A stretch of DNA of 64,000 bases from a virus, in IMG/VR virus record IMGVR_UViG_3300009788_000096, positions 31,403 to 95,402 of that record; one strand, 5' to 3'. The stretch's first letter is position 1. Each line of letters begins with the position of its first letter. The notes under the pieces were generated by a model that was given only the letters and a program-made list of their open reading frames with translations, was not told the DNA's origin and did not search any database. Of the stretch, positions 46,866 to 55,756 are shown piece after piece. A program made the translations under genes and the position numbers.

Positions 46866-47692
46866 TAGAAATACTCCGTGATTTTTTTCTTCCGCCCAGT
46901 TTTGAAAATCTTCTTCCACTGGATCTGAAGATCGGTTCTTGTTTTACTATCAAACCCTTTCCACTGAACTTTACTTTCCTTTTGAACAGGTTTGGCATAG
47001 CCCGGAAATTCTTTAGCTATAAGATGTGCGCTGATATGCTGCATTTCGCTTGTCCTATAGAGTGAGCATCCGCCCTCGTCCCCGGATTGCTTTTGACTCC
47101 AACAATACTGGTAAGTCACGCGGTTGGCATAGCCAAGTTGAAGTAAAGATAAGGTCACTTGAAAATCTTCCATAACAAGGCGTCGTTTATGCTTGCGCTC
47201 AAGATAGTCAAAGGCAATACCGTATTTCCTTTTTAACTCTTTCATTTTCCTGACATTATAACCGTAAGCATTATTCATCCGGGTGACATCAATAAAATCT
47301 TCATCGATCCGATTATTGCCAAATCTTTGACTGATGCCGACATGCACAAATCCGTCTTCGAGCCAGTTTAGAAGAAGATCAAACATCCGCTTCAAATCTT
47401 TACTACCGCAGCGGACAAGCTTTCCGTTTGCACGGACATCGAACTGCATATCGTCGTCGAGCATAAGAGCATAAGGATAAATGGAGTTTTCCAGAATCCA
47501 TTGTCTCGTTTTACTTATGCCTTTTAGTGGACACTTTAAAACATTCTGTTTTCCATAGCGACGTCGGTAAGCGACTGCATCCCTTTGATCGACAACAATG
47601 AAAGTGTTTTTCTTCCATGACTTAGGAATACTTTCAAACGTGGGCTGATTGTCTTTCCTCCTAAAGCTTGGAATAAAAATCCCTAATCCCAT
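46865..47692 (-). CDS. TET/JBP-associated glycosyltransferase (TAGT/GREB1-like), paralog 1
   Basis: IFIPSFRR, GISKTRQWI, MLDDD, MEDFQVTLSLL..GY.N, GGCSLYRT, I.WKK. Confidence 0.8.
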   Translation of the reverse strand: MGLGIFIPSFRRKDNQPTFESIPKSWKKNTFIVVDQRDAVAYRRRYGKQNVLKCPLKGISKTRQWILENSIYPYALMLDDDMQFDVRANGKLVRCGSKDLKRMFDLLLNWLEDGFVHVGISQRFGNNRIDEDFIDVTRMNNAYGYNVRKMKELKRKYGIAFDYLERKHKRRLVMEDFQVTLSLLQLGYANRVTYQYCWSQKQSGDEGGCSLYRTSEMQHISAHLIAKEFPGYAKPVQKESKVQWKGFDSKTRTDLQIQWKKIFKTGRKKKITEYF

Positions 47693-48620
47693 TCGATTGC
47701 CTCCTCTCATTTTTTATTTTGACTTCGATCCTGTCAATTGTTTTCCAATCAAGAAACGATGGTTTATGGAGAGTAAATTTTCCCATACGATCTGGCAACA
47801 GACCTATTCTATATAAGCGATTGTCGCAACCATAACAAATAGTGAAGTTCCTTCCTTCATGATGAAGTATTCTTCGGGCAGCTTTGAATTTTCTATGCTG
47901 CCAAATATTTTCAAGCGGCATATCATGTATATTGACTATGGCATGTTCGTGTACCCAGTCATAACAACACAGTAAAACCATACCATCATTTGCTATATTC
48001 AATTCTCTAAATGGTCGATGGCAGGTCTTCTTTGCATATTTATAATTAGGTGGCCCTGCGTTGCATGCAGTATTGCTTAAACATCGCTCCTTGATCTGAG
48101 CTTTACTTATATCAGGATACACAACTACATAATGATCCTTTGTGGATGGCTTCGTATACGTAGGCATTTCAGGGTACACGAATACTTTATACTTCCCTTT
48201 ATACTTCTTCAAAATTTTAGGAACGAAGCCGGAATGCTCGTAGTTATCTAAAGCAATAACATTTACATACTTCAAAATACGATCTATCCTCTTCGTTGGA
48301 TCCTTTAATAACGGGCCACCATTTGAAGTAGTAAAGATATATGACTTAGGAAAAGCTTGTCTCAATTTCCTAAAATACTTCACATGATTTTTATTTAATA
48401 AAGGTTCACCATGCCCCGTACATTCAATCTTATTAGTCCAGCCGGTGATAGTCAACTGTTCTATTATAACATTAAATGTTGCCTCCGTCATAAACTTCAA
48501 ATTCCCCGGTTGTTTGCGAATACTGTGGATAGGACAGAAGTCGCAATATAAATTACATCCCTCCGTGAACTCAAGTTTGACATGGGTTGGCGGCAATTGT
48601 ATTTTAAGAATGGGCTTCAT
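47661..48620 (-). CDS. Radical SAM/SPASM(Twitch)-domain protein (paralog of 45052..46044)
   Basis: EFTEGCNLYCDFC, GHGEPLLN; CHRPFREL.I..DG...CCYD...CYGCD; shared R.G.LPD.MGK. Confidence 0.9.
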   Translation of the reverse strand: MKPILKIQLPPTHVKLEFTEGCNLYCDFCPIHSIRKQPGNLKFMTEATFNVIIEQLTITGWTNKIECTGHGEPLLNKNHVKYFRKLRQAFPKSYIFTTSNGGPLLKDPTKRIDRILKYVNVIALDNYEHSGFVPKILKKYKGKYKVFVYPEMPTYTKPSTKDHYVVVYPDISKAQIKERCLSNTACNAGPPNYKYAKKTCHRPFRELNIANDGMVLLCCYDWVHEHAIVNIHDMPLENIWQHRKFKAARRILHHEGRNFTICYGCDNRLYRIGLLPDRMGKFTLHKPSFLDWKTIDRIEVKIKNERRQSNGIRDFYSKL

Positions 48621-48807
48621 GAATTTTTGCTTTCCATTTTCTGATTAATCCTATGATTGTGCAAACAGGACACCAAGTCAAAAGCTGATGGTTTTTCTTC
48701 CATAGTTTTAATACTGGTTCCTTTACAATGTAATCGACCCATCCATTGTTTCGGCCAGTATGTATCAACGGATGAAAAACAGCATGAGCAAAATTTAATA
48801 CTTTCAT
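48604..48807 (-). CDS. Hypothetical protein
   Basis: SD GGAGG; coupled. Confidence 0.45.
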   Translation of the reverse strand: MKVLNFAHAVFHPLIHTGRNNGWVDYIVKEPVLKLWKKNHQLLTWCPVCTIIGLIRKWKAKIHEAHS

Positions 48808-50414
48808 AATTTTAACCCCTCCTTTTTTAATACATTATTTAGTCTCACATAGACTTTACTTTCTTTCACACCTTTATAAACCAGTTTGTCTTTTTCATCA
48901 AAAGTAATAACAGGCCTACCGCGAAAGTTTTTATATCTCATAAGTAAAACTGCTGCACAATGATTTTGACTTCTCCTCCAACCGAAAGAACCTTCGGCCA
49001 CTACGTCGCCCACCCTCTCCGGCACTTTAAAATTCTTAAATGACTTAGGTATAAAGTCTTCATCAGCGAAGACATTGCATTTGTCTCGCTCAATACCAAA
49101 CTTTACTCCCCTTGCAAGCGACATAATTTCTTTCAAATCTTTCAACTTGAATTCATGTGTTTTGATATAGAAATTCTGAGTGTTAATTGGATCATAGTCA
49201 TCGTGCACATAACCCGCTTTCTTGCATTCGTCAAATATAGGTGTCCCGTGGTATAAACGGAAGTACTGCGGGGAAACCCACGAAAATTCCTGTGTCACGT
49301 CGATGATAGTTTTTAATACTTTGGAAATGGTATCAACAAACGGATAGCCAAGTATAATAGTGGTCGGCCGGAACTTCTCATACCTACTCCAATTCTCCAT
49401 TGCTGCTTTCCAGTTTTCCAAAGTAAAGTCTTTCCCCATGTGAGCTAATACTTCTTTATTCGAACTTTCCAACGGATAGCACATGTTCCTAAAACCAGCT
49501 AACCACATCAATCTGCTCACCATTTTATCAGCAGTAACATACATGGGAACTCCGTGGATTATTTCAAATCTTAGCTTCTCTGGAATAGTGTTGATAACAT
49601 CTTTACAAATTCTTCTAAGATATTTAATTCCTTTACTGCCGGGACAGAGATTATCATCTTCGATAAGGAAATGTTTAGCACCCCATTCCAAGCGATACCA
49701 ATTAATTTCAGCAATGACTCGTGGCACACTTTTTGCTCTCCACTTTTTTCCGGACTGTTTATGAACGACACAGAAGGAACACCGATGCGGACAGCCACGA
49801 CTAAAAGTCACATACATTTGCTTTGTCTTCCGATAATAACTTTCGTCAAGAAGTAATTTCTTTCTCGGGAAGGGCAGTGAATCCATATCCTGAACAAGGT
49901 CAAACAAGACTATACGAGGCGTTGATTTCTTTTTACCGGAAATATACTTGTAAAAAGATAACTCACTTTCACCCATAAACACATGACTTACATCGGCATG
50001 CTTCAAAACATGCTCTGGATAAAAAGTGGCGTGGATGCCTCCCATTACAACATCCGCATCCGGCTTTATCTTCTTGATAAGCTTGACTAACTTATAAGCT
50101 CCAGTATAATTCGAAGACATCATGGATGAAACCCCGATAGTATTATGGTATCTATCAAGATTGAGTCTTAACCATAATCTCATTTGAAGATCGGTATATC
50201 CCCAGCGAAGATAAGTTGGCTGTCCAGTATCCAGCTTTTCCGGCCGAACCGTTTTATGTTTTTCTGGCGGATAGTGAAAATCTTTGACTGCTGCCTCGAT
50301 CCCTTTACTTTCTAAGTATGCAGCCATGTAAAGCGGACCGAGAGGAAAAGGCGGTCGTGGATTCCAGTACAACTTACCTTCGTACGGCGGATAAAGTAGT
50401 AGCACGGGTTTCAT
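48804..50414 (-). CDS. Cobalamin-dependent radical SAM enzyme (class B methylase-like)
   Basis: LLLYPP, PLGPLYMAAYL, GGIHAT, GESE (B12 domain); SRGCPHRCSFC; EDDN. Confidence 0.9.
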   Translation of the reverse strand: MKPVLLLYPPYEGKLYWNPRPPFPLGPLYMAAYLESKGIEAAVKDFHYPPEKHKTVRPEKLDTGQPTYLRWGYTDLQMRLWLRLNLDRYHNTIGVSSMMSSNYTGAYKLVKLIKKIKPDADVVMGGIHATFYPEHVLKHADVSHVFMGESELSFYKYISGKKKSTPRIVLFDLVQDMDSLPFPRKKLLLDESYYRKTKQMYVTFSRGCPHRCSFCVVHKQSGKKWRAKSVPRVIAEINWYRLEWGAKHFLIEDDNLCPGSKGIKYLRRICKDVINTIPEKLRFEIIHGVPMYVTADKMVSRLMWLAGFRNMCYPLESSNKEVLAHMGKDFTLENWKAAMENWSRYEKFRPTTIILGYPFVDTISKVLKTIIDVTQEFSWVSPQYFRLYHGTPIFDECKKAGYVHDDYDPINTQNFYIKTHEFKLKDLKEIMSLARGVKFGIERDKCNVFADEDFIPKSFKNFKVPERVGDVVAEGSFGWRRSQNHCAAVLLMRYKNFRGRPVITFDEKDKLVYKGVKESKVYVRLNNVLKKEGLKL

Positions 50415-50423
50415 CGGTTTCTC

Positions 50424-50642
50424 CTATTCTTCTATTAGGGTTATCTGTATTTGTGGATCGTTTAATATTTTAAACTGCATGTTTTTAATTGACTGATTGA
50501 CTTTCTCCTTTGCCCCAGCTTTAGCTTGTTTTAGTACCTGCCATATTTCAGTATCGGCGCTCCAAGTATCAGGCAATTCAAGTTCCACCAATACTTGCGC
50601 CACTGCTATTGCTCTTACTTTCTTCGGTTCGTCAGACTTCAT
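50424..50642 (-). CDS. Hypothetical protein
   Basis: SD AAGGAG. Confidence 0.5.
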   Translation of the reverse strand: MKSDEPKKVRAIAVAQVLVELELPDTWSADTEIWQVLKQAKAGAKEKVNQSIKNMQFKILNDPQIQITLIEE

Positions 50643-50653
50643 TTTTTTCTCCT

Positions 50654-50878
50654 TTACATTTCCTTTATATTTTTTAGTTTTTCATCTCCCCATTTAATAT
50701 CAAGAATATATGTTTTTATAATTTTGCCAAAAGGTGCTCCGGTTTCTGTTCCAATTGTAACTTCATAAATAGGATAACCAGTTTGTTTTAAAAAAGTATC
50801 CATTGCCTCTTGTAAGTCATTTTTGAAATTGCTTAATGACTCTTCAATTAAATCTTTTGGTGTCTGGTCTTCCATCAT
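50654..50878 (-). CDS. Hypothetical protein
   Basis: SD GAGGAGG. Confidence 0.5.
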   Translation of the reverse strand: MMEDQTPKDLIEESLSNFKNDLQEAMDTFLKQTGYPIYEVTIGTETGAPFGKIIKTYILDIKWGDEKLKNIKEM

Positions 50879-50887
50879 TCCTCCTCT

Positions 50888-52312
50888 CTAAGTTGTTAAG
50901 TCAATCCCTTCATCGCTCCAACGATCCTCGTATTCGCTTGGTATATACTTGTATACGAGGTTCTCATCTTCGTCAGTAGTAAATGGAAGAATCTTTCCGT
51001 TGAAGTAATTCCTGGGATTCCCAGGACTTCTCAGATTATTCCAGACCGTCCGTGCTATGTTTATATAACCTATTTTATATCTTTCACTGGCGGTCTTATC
51101 AGAAACGCTTACATGATCTTGGCCAAGTATAACTGATTTTAAATAGGTATCTTCATCAGGTTTAAATACGTGCTTAAAGCGGAACTTATAAATCCTTCCA
51201 CTTGTTTGGTATACTCTTCGTGCTTCCTTTAAATGATAAGTCAATTGGTTCTTCGTCCAGTTCTGCATTTCCTTATTTTCAGGATACTTGTCTGGCATGC
51301 CGCAGCAGGAACCAGTCATATTTAACTCTTTGAAGTCAGGGTCACTGCAAGCGAAGATAATATCATTTTCCAAACAAAACTTATAAATGGTCTTAACGAA
51401 TCTTTCCTTAACAAGTCGATTCAAACGGAGATAGCCACCTCGCTCGCTGGGACTAAGCGCCTTAAAGTACTTCATAACATCTTTGACACCGATTAATTCA
51501 CCAAGCCATTTATATCTTTTCATCAATGCTTCATTTGACCGAGAGTCAATAGCGGTAAACTCCATTGAGATAGCTTGTATTCCAGCTTCCAAAGATTTCT
51601 CCAATAACTCGTCTATACCTTTGTCTGTGACGCCTATGATATAAGGTCTAAGGCGAAGTATAGTAAAATAACCCATGTCACCTAATAACTTCATTGCCTT
51701 TAACCGCCGGCTGGGGACAGGCACACCGATTTCTACTTGTCTCGCCATATCATCATTGCCAGTAACCATGCTGATTTGAAATGCGAAATTCTTCTGGTCA
51801 GCATACTTTTCAAAAAGCTTTGTAAACTTAGGACGGAAAACGGCTGACCCTTTAAAGCTAAATAAAGTAGGATATGACTCTTCGGCCAAAGCTTGAATTA
51901 TCTTATACCCTACATCGTTTGCCTTTTCAAAGTTGCAAAACGGATCAGCCATTCCACCCCAGTGAAACAGAAACCGCTTCTTGATGAAGTGTTTATAAAT
52001 ACTTCGCTGACGGGAATCTCCGGGGTTTCCATGGATTGTGTCAATAGTCTTTTCCCAATTAACAGAGTGGAGCTTTTCGTTAAAGCTGGTGTTAGTTGTT
52101 TTAAACATATATGCAAAACAATAGGTGCAGCCAAGCGAGCAATGACTATAGTGATCGAAAGTCATAGGCATGCTGCAGTCCATATATTCCGAAGATATAC
52201 GTGGGCTGATGTAATGCCGCATCGCTTTTTCATCTCCCATAACCAAGCCTTTGTTTTGCTTCACAAATGCTTGACTTTCCCTAATGATTTCTGTTCTAAT
52301 TTTGTCTTTCAT
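50888..52312 (-). CDS. Radical SAM protein, SPL (spore photoproduct lyase)-like family
   Basis: DHYSHCSLGCTYCFA, GGMADPF, E.GVP.PSRRL.AM..L...G, LRLRPYIIG; C-terminal CCG. Confidence 0.85.
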   Translation of the reverse strand: MKDKIRTEIIRESQAFVKQNKGLVMGDEKAMRHYISPRISSEYMDCSMPMTFDHYSHCSLGCTYCFAYMFKTTNTSFNEKLHSVNWEKTIDTIHGNPGDSRQRSIYKHFIKKRFLFHWGGMADPFCNFEKANDVGYKIIQALAEESYPTLFSFKGSAVFRPKFTKLFEKYADQKNFAFQISMVTGNDDMARQVEIGVPVPSRRLKAMKLLGDMGYFTILRLRPYIIGVTDKGIDELLEKSLEAGIQAISMEFTAIDSRSNEALMKRYKWLGELIGVKDVMKYFKALSPSERGGYLRLNRLVKERFVKTIYKFCLENDIIFACSDPDFKELNMTGSCCGMPDKYPENKEMQNWTKNQLTYHLKEARRVYQTSGRIYKFRFKHVFKPDEDTYLKSVILGQDHVSVSDKTASERYKIGYINIARTVWNNLRSPGNPRNYFNGKILPFTTDEDENLVYKYIPSEYEDRWSDEGIDLTT

Positions 52313-52698
52313 AATACAATCACCTTTCTTATGGTTTTAACAGAAAACCGTTTTTCATGCTTATCCCAAATGAGTCTGCCCTTATCGAACAGGCGAAGTA
52401 CTTCCATAAGGAACTCGATATCGTATGAGTTATTATCAAGGTACTTATTGACTTTGAAGTAATCCGCAAACTTGTCGATCCATTCTTCCTCTGGGAATGT
52501 GAGAGTTATACTTCTCTTTTTGAACATGGACCGGCCCACTTTAGACCCTTTATAAACAGGAAGTGGAACAGGTTTTAAAAGTGCCTCTTCGATTTTCCGG
52601 ACTTCCGCTTCGGATTTATCCTTAATTAAATCCGAAAACCTTTGCACAATAGTTGACTCCCGCGTTTTTCCAGAAACAACTTCAGTAAGGTCTTCCAT
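52309..52698 (-). CDS. Hypothetical protein coupled to the radical SAM gene
   Basis: TAATG and ATGA overlaps. Confidence 0.6.
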   Translation of the reverse strand: MEDLTEVVSGKTRESTIVQRFSDLIKDKSEAEVRKIEEALLKPVPLPVYKGSKVGRSMFKKRSITLTFPEEEWIDKFADYFKVNKYLDNNSYDIEFLMEVLRLFDKGRLIWDKHEKRFSVKTIRKVIVL

Positions 52699-53072
52699 TA
52701 TTCTCCTTCCCTAAGTCCAAAATATACTTCTGGACTTTTACCTGATTTTTTTAATAGTTCAATCGTTTGCCTGGCATGTGCTTCCGAGCAACATAAATGA
52801 CTCGAAAGTTTTTCTATCAGCTTTGCATTATACTTCTTGTTTCCTTTATTGAAAGCATACTTAATATAAGGTGCACTTCTCCTCGGTTTGACTCCATGTT
52901 TTAATAGGCTTTCTATTGCCCAGTTTGGAATCTTACCTTGATAGCGGTTTGCATTAACCGATAGAAGATAAGTTTCACGGAGGAAACTTAGAAATCTAAT
53001 TAACATATAGATATTTTTAATTTCAATATCTCGTCCCTCCAATACTGCTTTTGCTTCATCCCATGGTTTCAT
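52698..53072 (-). CDS. Putative clamp-loader small subunit (gp62-like)
   Basis: KPWD...YMLIRFLS...N...YIKY...LSSHLCCS..A.....LL pattern; near the clamp-loader gene. Confidence 0.45.
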   Translation of the reverse strand: MKPWDEAKAVLEGRDIEIKNIYMLIRFLSFLRETYLLSVNANRYQGKIPNWAIESLLKHGVKPRRSAPYIKYAFNKGNKKYNAKLIEKLSSHLCCSEAHARQTIELLKKSGKSPEVYFGLREGE

Positions 53073-53392
53073 TTTGGAACCCGACCGCAATCAAGATGGT
53101 TTGATGGTTTGTCGAAAGGCTTTCCGCAGTGATGGCAATCGGTGGACAAAGAACCGTTTGAAACTTGTACTTCTCTTATCATTGCCATTTTCATTTTTCT
53201 CAATTGTTCATCTATACTGCGGAGAAACTCCTTTTTTGCAGATTCAAAGTTAAGTGTAAATCCCGGGTGCAGTGGATCAAAGTCTGCAACTGTGACTTGT
53301 ACTTCTTGTGCTTGATCCACTTCTCCTTTTTGTTCTCCATCGTCTTCTGCCCATAGTTTGCCGATATAGATAGTTGCCCATATATCACTCAT
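53069..53392 (-). CDS. Hypothetical protein
   Basis: SD GGAGGTG. Confidence 0.5.
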   Translation of the reverse strand: MSDIWATIYIGKLWAEDDGEQKGEVDQAQEVQVTVADFDPLHPGFTLNFESAKKEFLRSIDEQLRKMKMAMIREVQVSNGSLSTDCHHCGKPFDKPSNHLDCGRVPK

Positions 53393-53528
53393 AACTCACC
53401 TCCAAAGTTTATAGGTTTTCTCCCAAAGATAAAAAGGAGTAGCTGCTATATAGGCCACAGCTATTATTGAAAAATAAAGAAGAACAAATACCAATACTAA
53501 TATTATGAACATTATCTTCTTCAAAATA

Positions 53529-53774
53529 TTACCTCATAAATGACTTGTCAATAATTTCTTTTGAAACTAACTGAAATTCAAACAAGGCTTGAGCTAATTT
53601 TTTTACTTTCTTCATTTGGTTTTGACCCTGTATCCATAGAGTTGGGTCAATCAGTGGCCCCAAAGTATCCGCTTGGTCAATTGCGGAAATAAATTTTTGT
53701 AAAGGTAATTCACTGACAATTTGAGACATTGTAATTATTTTAGTTTGTGTATCAATATAATCTTTTTTGTCCAT
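53529..53774 (-). CDS. Hypothetical protein
   Basis: SD AGGAGG; TAATG coupling. Confidence 0.55.
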   Translation of the reverse strand: MDKKDYIDTQTKIITMSQIVSELPLQKFISAIDQADTLGPLIDPTLWIQGQNQMKKVKKLAQALFEFQLVSKEIIDKSFMR

Positions 53775-54697
53775 TAGAATATAACCTCCTTTTCCAAGGC
53801 GTCCATTATTTCGAGACAACAAGCACTGGCATTGATCTCACGGTCGGCAATGGTCTTGTCACGCCAAAGATATTCCGCAATAACAAGCGCGACCTGGGCC
53901 CTTTGTTCATTGTCTTTCAATTGGCCAAGGAAGTCATTACTGAATAAACCCTTATAAACCCAAGTGAAGTCAGTCAAGCCAACAAACGTTTCCCGCAGTT
54001 CTCCGATGTGGCCTTTTTTAATTAACTGGTATGTTTTGTCAATGTTAAACGAAGACAGAATATCTTCAAGCTTTAGAGTCCCGCTTATACTCGCTGCTTG
54101 CATGTTATTCATTATAGTCCTAACATCGGGGGCAAACCGTTTAACAAGTATGCGAAGAGTATCCTTGTTGAATTCGATATCTTCTTCTTCAAGGATACCT
54201 GCCATTAACTTATTTATCCGCTTAAACTTGAGCGAGTCAAATTTGAAAAGCATGCACCGGCTATAAATAGGTTCGATTATTTTATCAAACTCATTTGCCG
54301 TGAAGATAAAGCGACAGTTTTTATGGTATCGTTCAATGGTTCCTTTTAGTGCCATCTGGGCTTCTGGAGTCAATCCATCCGCCTCATCCAGAAGCACGAT
54401 GTTTAACTTATTTTTTTTGGCACGTTGTGATCTGGCAAAGTGTTTGACTTTAGTTTTAATTGTCGCAATCCCACGATCAGAGGAACTCGCATTTAATATA
54501 AGCGAGGCAGATGCACATAGCCTGATAAGGATCATTCCCAAAGTAGTCTTTCCACTTCCAGCAGGTCCATGAAATAAAAGGTGTGGAATCTGCTTCTCTT
54601 TTATATACGTTTTAAAAGCTTTTTTATAAGATACAGGAAGCGAGAGCTGGCTTAACTTTGTTGCCCGATGCTTTTCATACCATATTAACTCTTTCAT
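53774..54697 (-). CDS. Clamp loader AAA+ subunit (RFC small / T4 gp44-like)
   Basis: WYEKHR, IPHLLFHGPAGSGKTT, LNASS.RGI, LDEAD, AQ.AL, CRFIFTAN, SRC. Confidence 0.9.
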   Translation of the reverse strand: MKELIWYEKHRATKLSQLSLPVSYKKAFKTYIKEKQIPHLLFHGPAGSGKTTLGMILIRLCASASLILNASSSDRGIATIKTKVKHFARSQRAKKNKLNIVLLDEADGLTPEAQMALKGTIERYHKNCRFIFTANEFDKIIEPIYSRCMLFKFDSLKFKRINKLMAGILEEEDIEFNKDTLRILVKRFAPDVRTIMNNMQAASISGTLKLEDILSSFNIDKTYQLIKKGHIGELRETFVGLTDFTWVYKGLFSNDFLGQLKDNEQRAQVALVIAEYLWRDKTIADREINASACCLEIMDALEKEVIF

Positions 54698-54912
54698 TTT
54701 TTCCTCCCTAATTCAATTTGATCGATAAAAAGCATCACTACCTTACGCACTCTCAACTCCAGCCATACTCCCATTTCATTTTTGGCTTTTTCGTTGGCTG
54801 CTTGAAATGCTGTTTTGCCATCGTATGTTTCGCCGACGACGTATATTTGACTGCTCCATATATTCCACTCGCTAAATGGATCTTTCTGTTCTAATACATA
54901 TACGTCTTTCAT
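54694..54912 (-). CDS. Hypothetical protein
   Basis: SD GGAGG; coupled. Confidence 0.5.
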   Translation of the reverse strand: MKDVYVLEQKDPFSEWNIWSSQIYVVGETYDGKTAFQAANEKAKNEMGVWLELRVRKVVMLFIDQIELGRKK

Positions 54913-55445
54913 TTTTTCCTCCGTTTAATAACTCGCTTTCCATGAGAGCGAAGCAGTTTATCGGATCGCAGTGCATATTTATAGATTTTAAAAATGGTCG
55001 CTACTTCATCCTTAGTTGGACCGAACTCTACCAACTCATCGAAAAAGGTTTTAAGAACTATATCATGTTTTTGCAAGCGGATAGAGATACGGTTTTCCTT
55101 ATCTTTAATTGGTTCATTTGTTTCATCCCCCATATCATCTAATTCGAATCTCACACGGCAATGATAAAGTTCATGCCAGCACAATCGCTTCCTTTGCTTT
55201 TTCGTATACTTGCTCCAAGTGGGATGGTAGATGCAGATTTCGAAGTCATAGTTATAAAGATCACGTTCACGGACCGAGAGTTTCCGGGCTTCGCCGGCTA
55301 CAACATATCCCTCATCATCGTGTTTAATCTTCGTCCTAAAAGTATAGAGGAATTTGGCGATCTCCAACTCGGGGAAGTAATTTTCCTTTACTTCTTCCAT
55401 TACTTCGTCGAGTTTACCTGTTTTATCCCTATAGTATTCGGACAT
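54909..55445 (-). CDS. Putative phage metallopeptidase with IKRR C-tail
   Basis: YDF.I.I...W......L..HELYH...KHD. Confidence 0.7.
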   Translation of the reverse strand: MSEYYRDKTGKLDEVMEEVKENYFPELEIAKFLYTFRTKIKHDDEGYVVAGEARKLSVRERDLYNYDFEICIYHPTWSKYTKKQRKRLCWHELYHCRVRFELDDMGDETNEPIKDKENRISIRLQKHDIVLKTFFDELVEFGPTKDEVATIFKIYKYALRSDKLLRSHGKRVIKRRKK

Positions 55446-55449
55446 GACT

Positions 55450-55755
55450 TTACTCCTTTTTACTTATACTTATTCTTGTTGATTTCAATTGTTCTGTTAC
55501 TTTTAATTCCCGGCAGTGGATGCAGAGTTCTTGTCTATCGACCTTAGTACAAGTACACTTTTGATACCATAGCAAACATGGACCCTGACCACATCCCATA
55601 ATGAACCAACCGAGGGTTTCATTCTTTCCTATGCCTAATGATTCCCGTGGCCCAGTAACTACTTGTTGACATTCTTTTGGCATTGTTGGATAAAGTGTCT
55701 GCCAATTATTAGGAGGAATTAAATCATCCTCAAGTTTGCAAACTATTCCCATGGT
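55450..55755 (-). CDS. Hypothetical protein
   Basis: ORF with upstream GAGGAGG; start MGIVC approximate. Confidence 0.4.
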   Translation of the reverse strand, partial: TMGIVCKLEDDLIPPNNWQTLYPTMPKECQQVVTGPRESLGIGKNETLGWFIMGCGQGPCLLWYQKCTCTKVDRQELCIHCRELKVTEQLKSTRISISKKE

Positions 55756-55756
55756 T

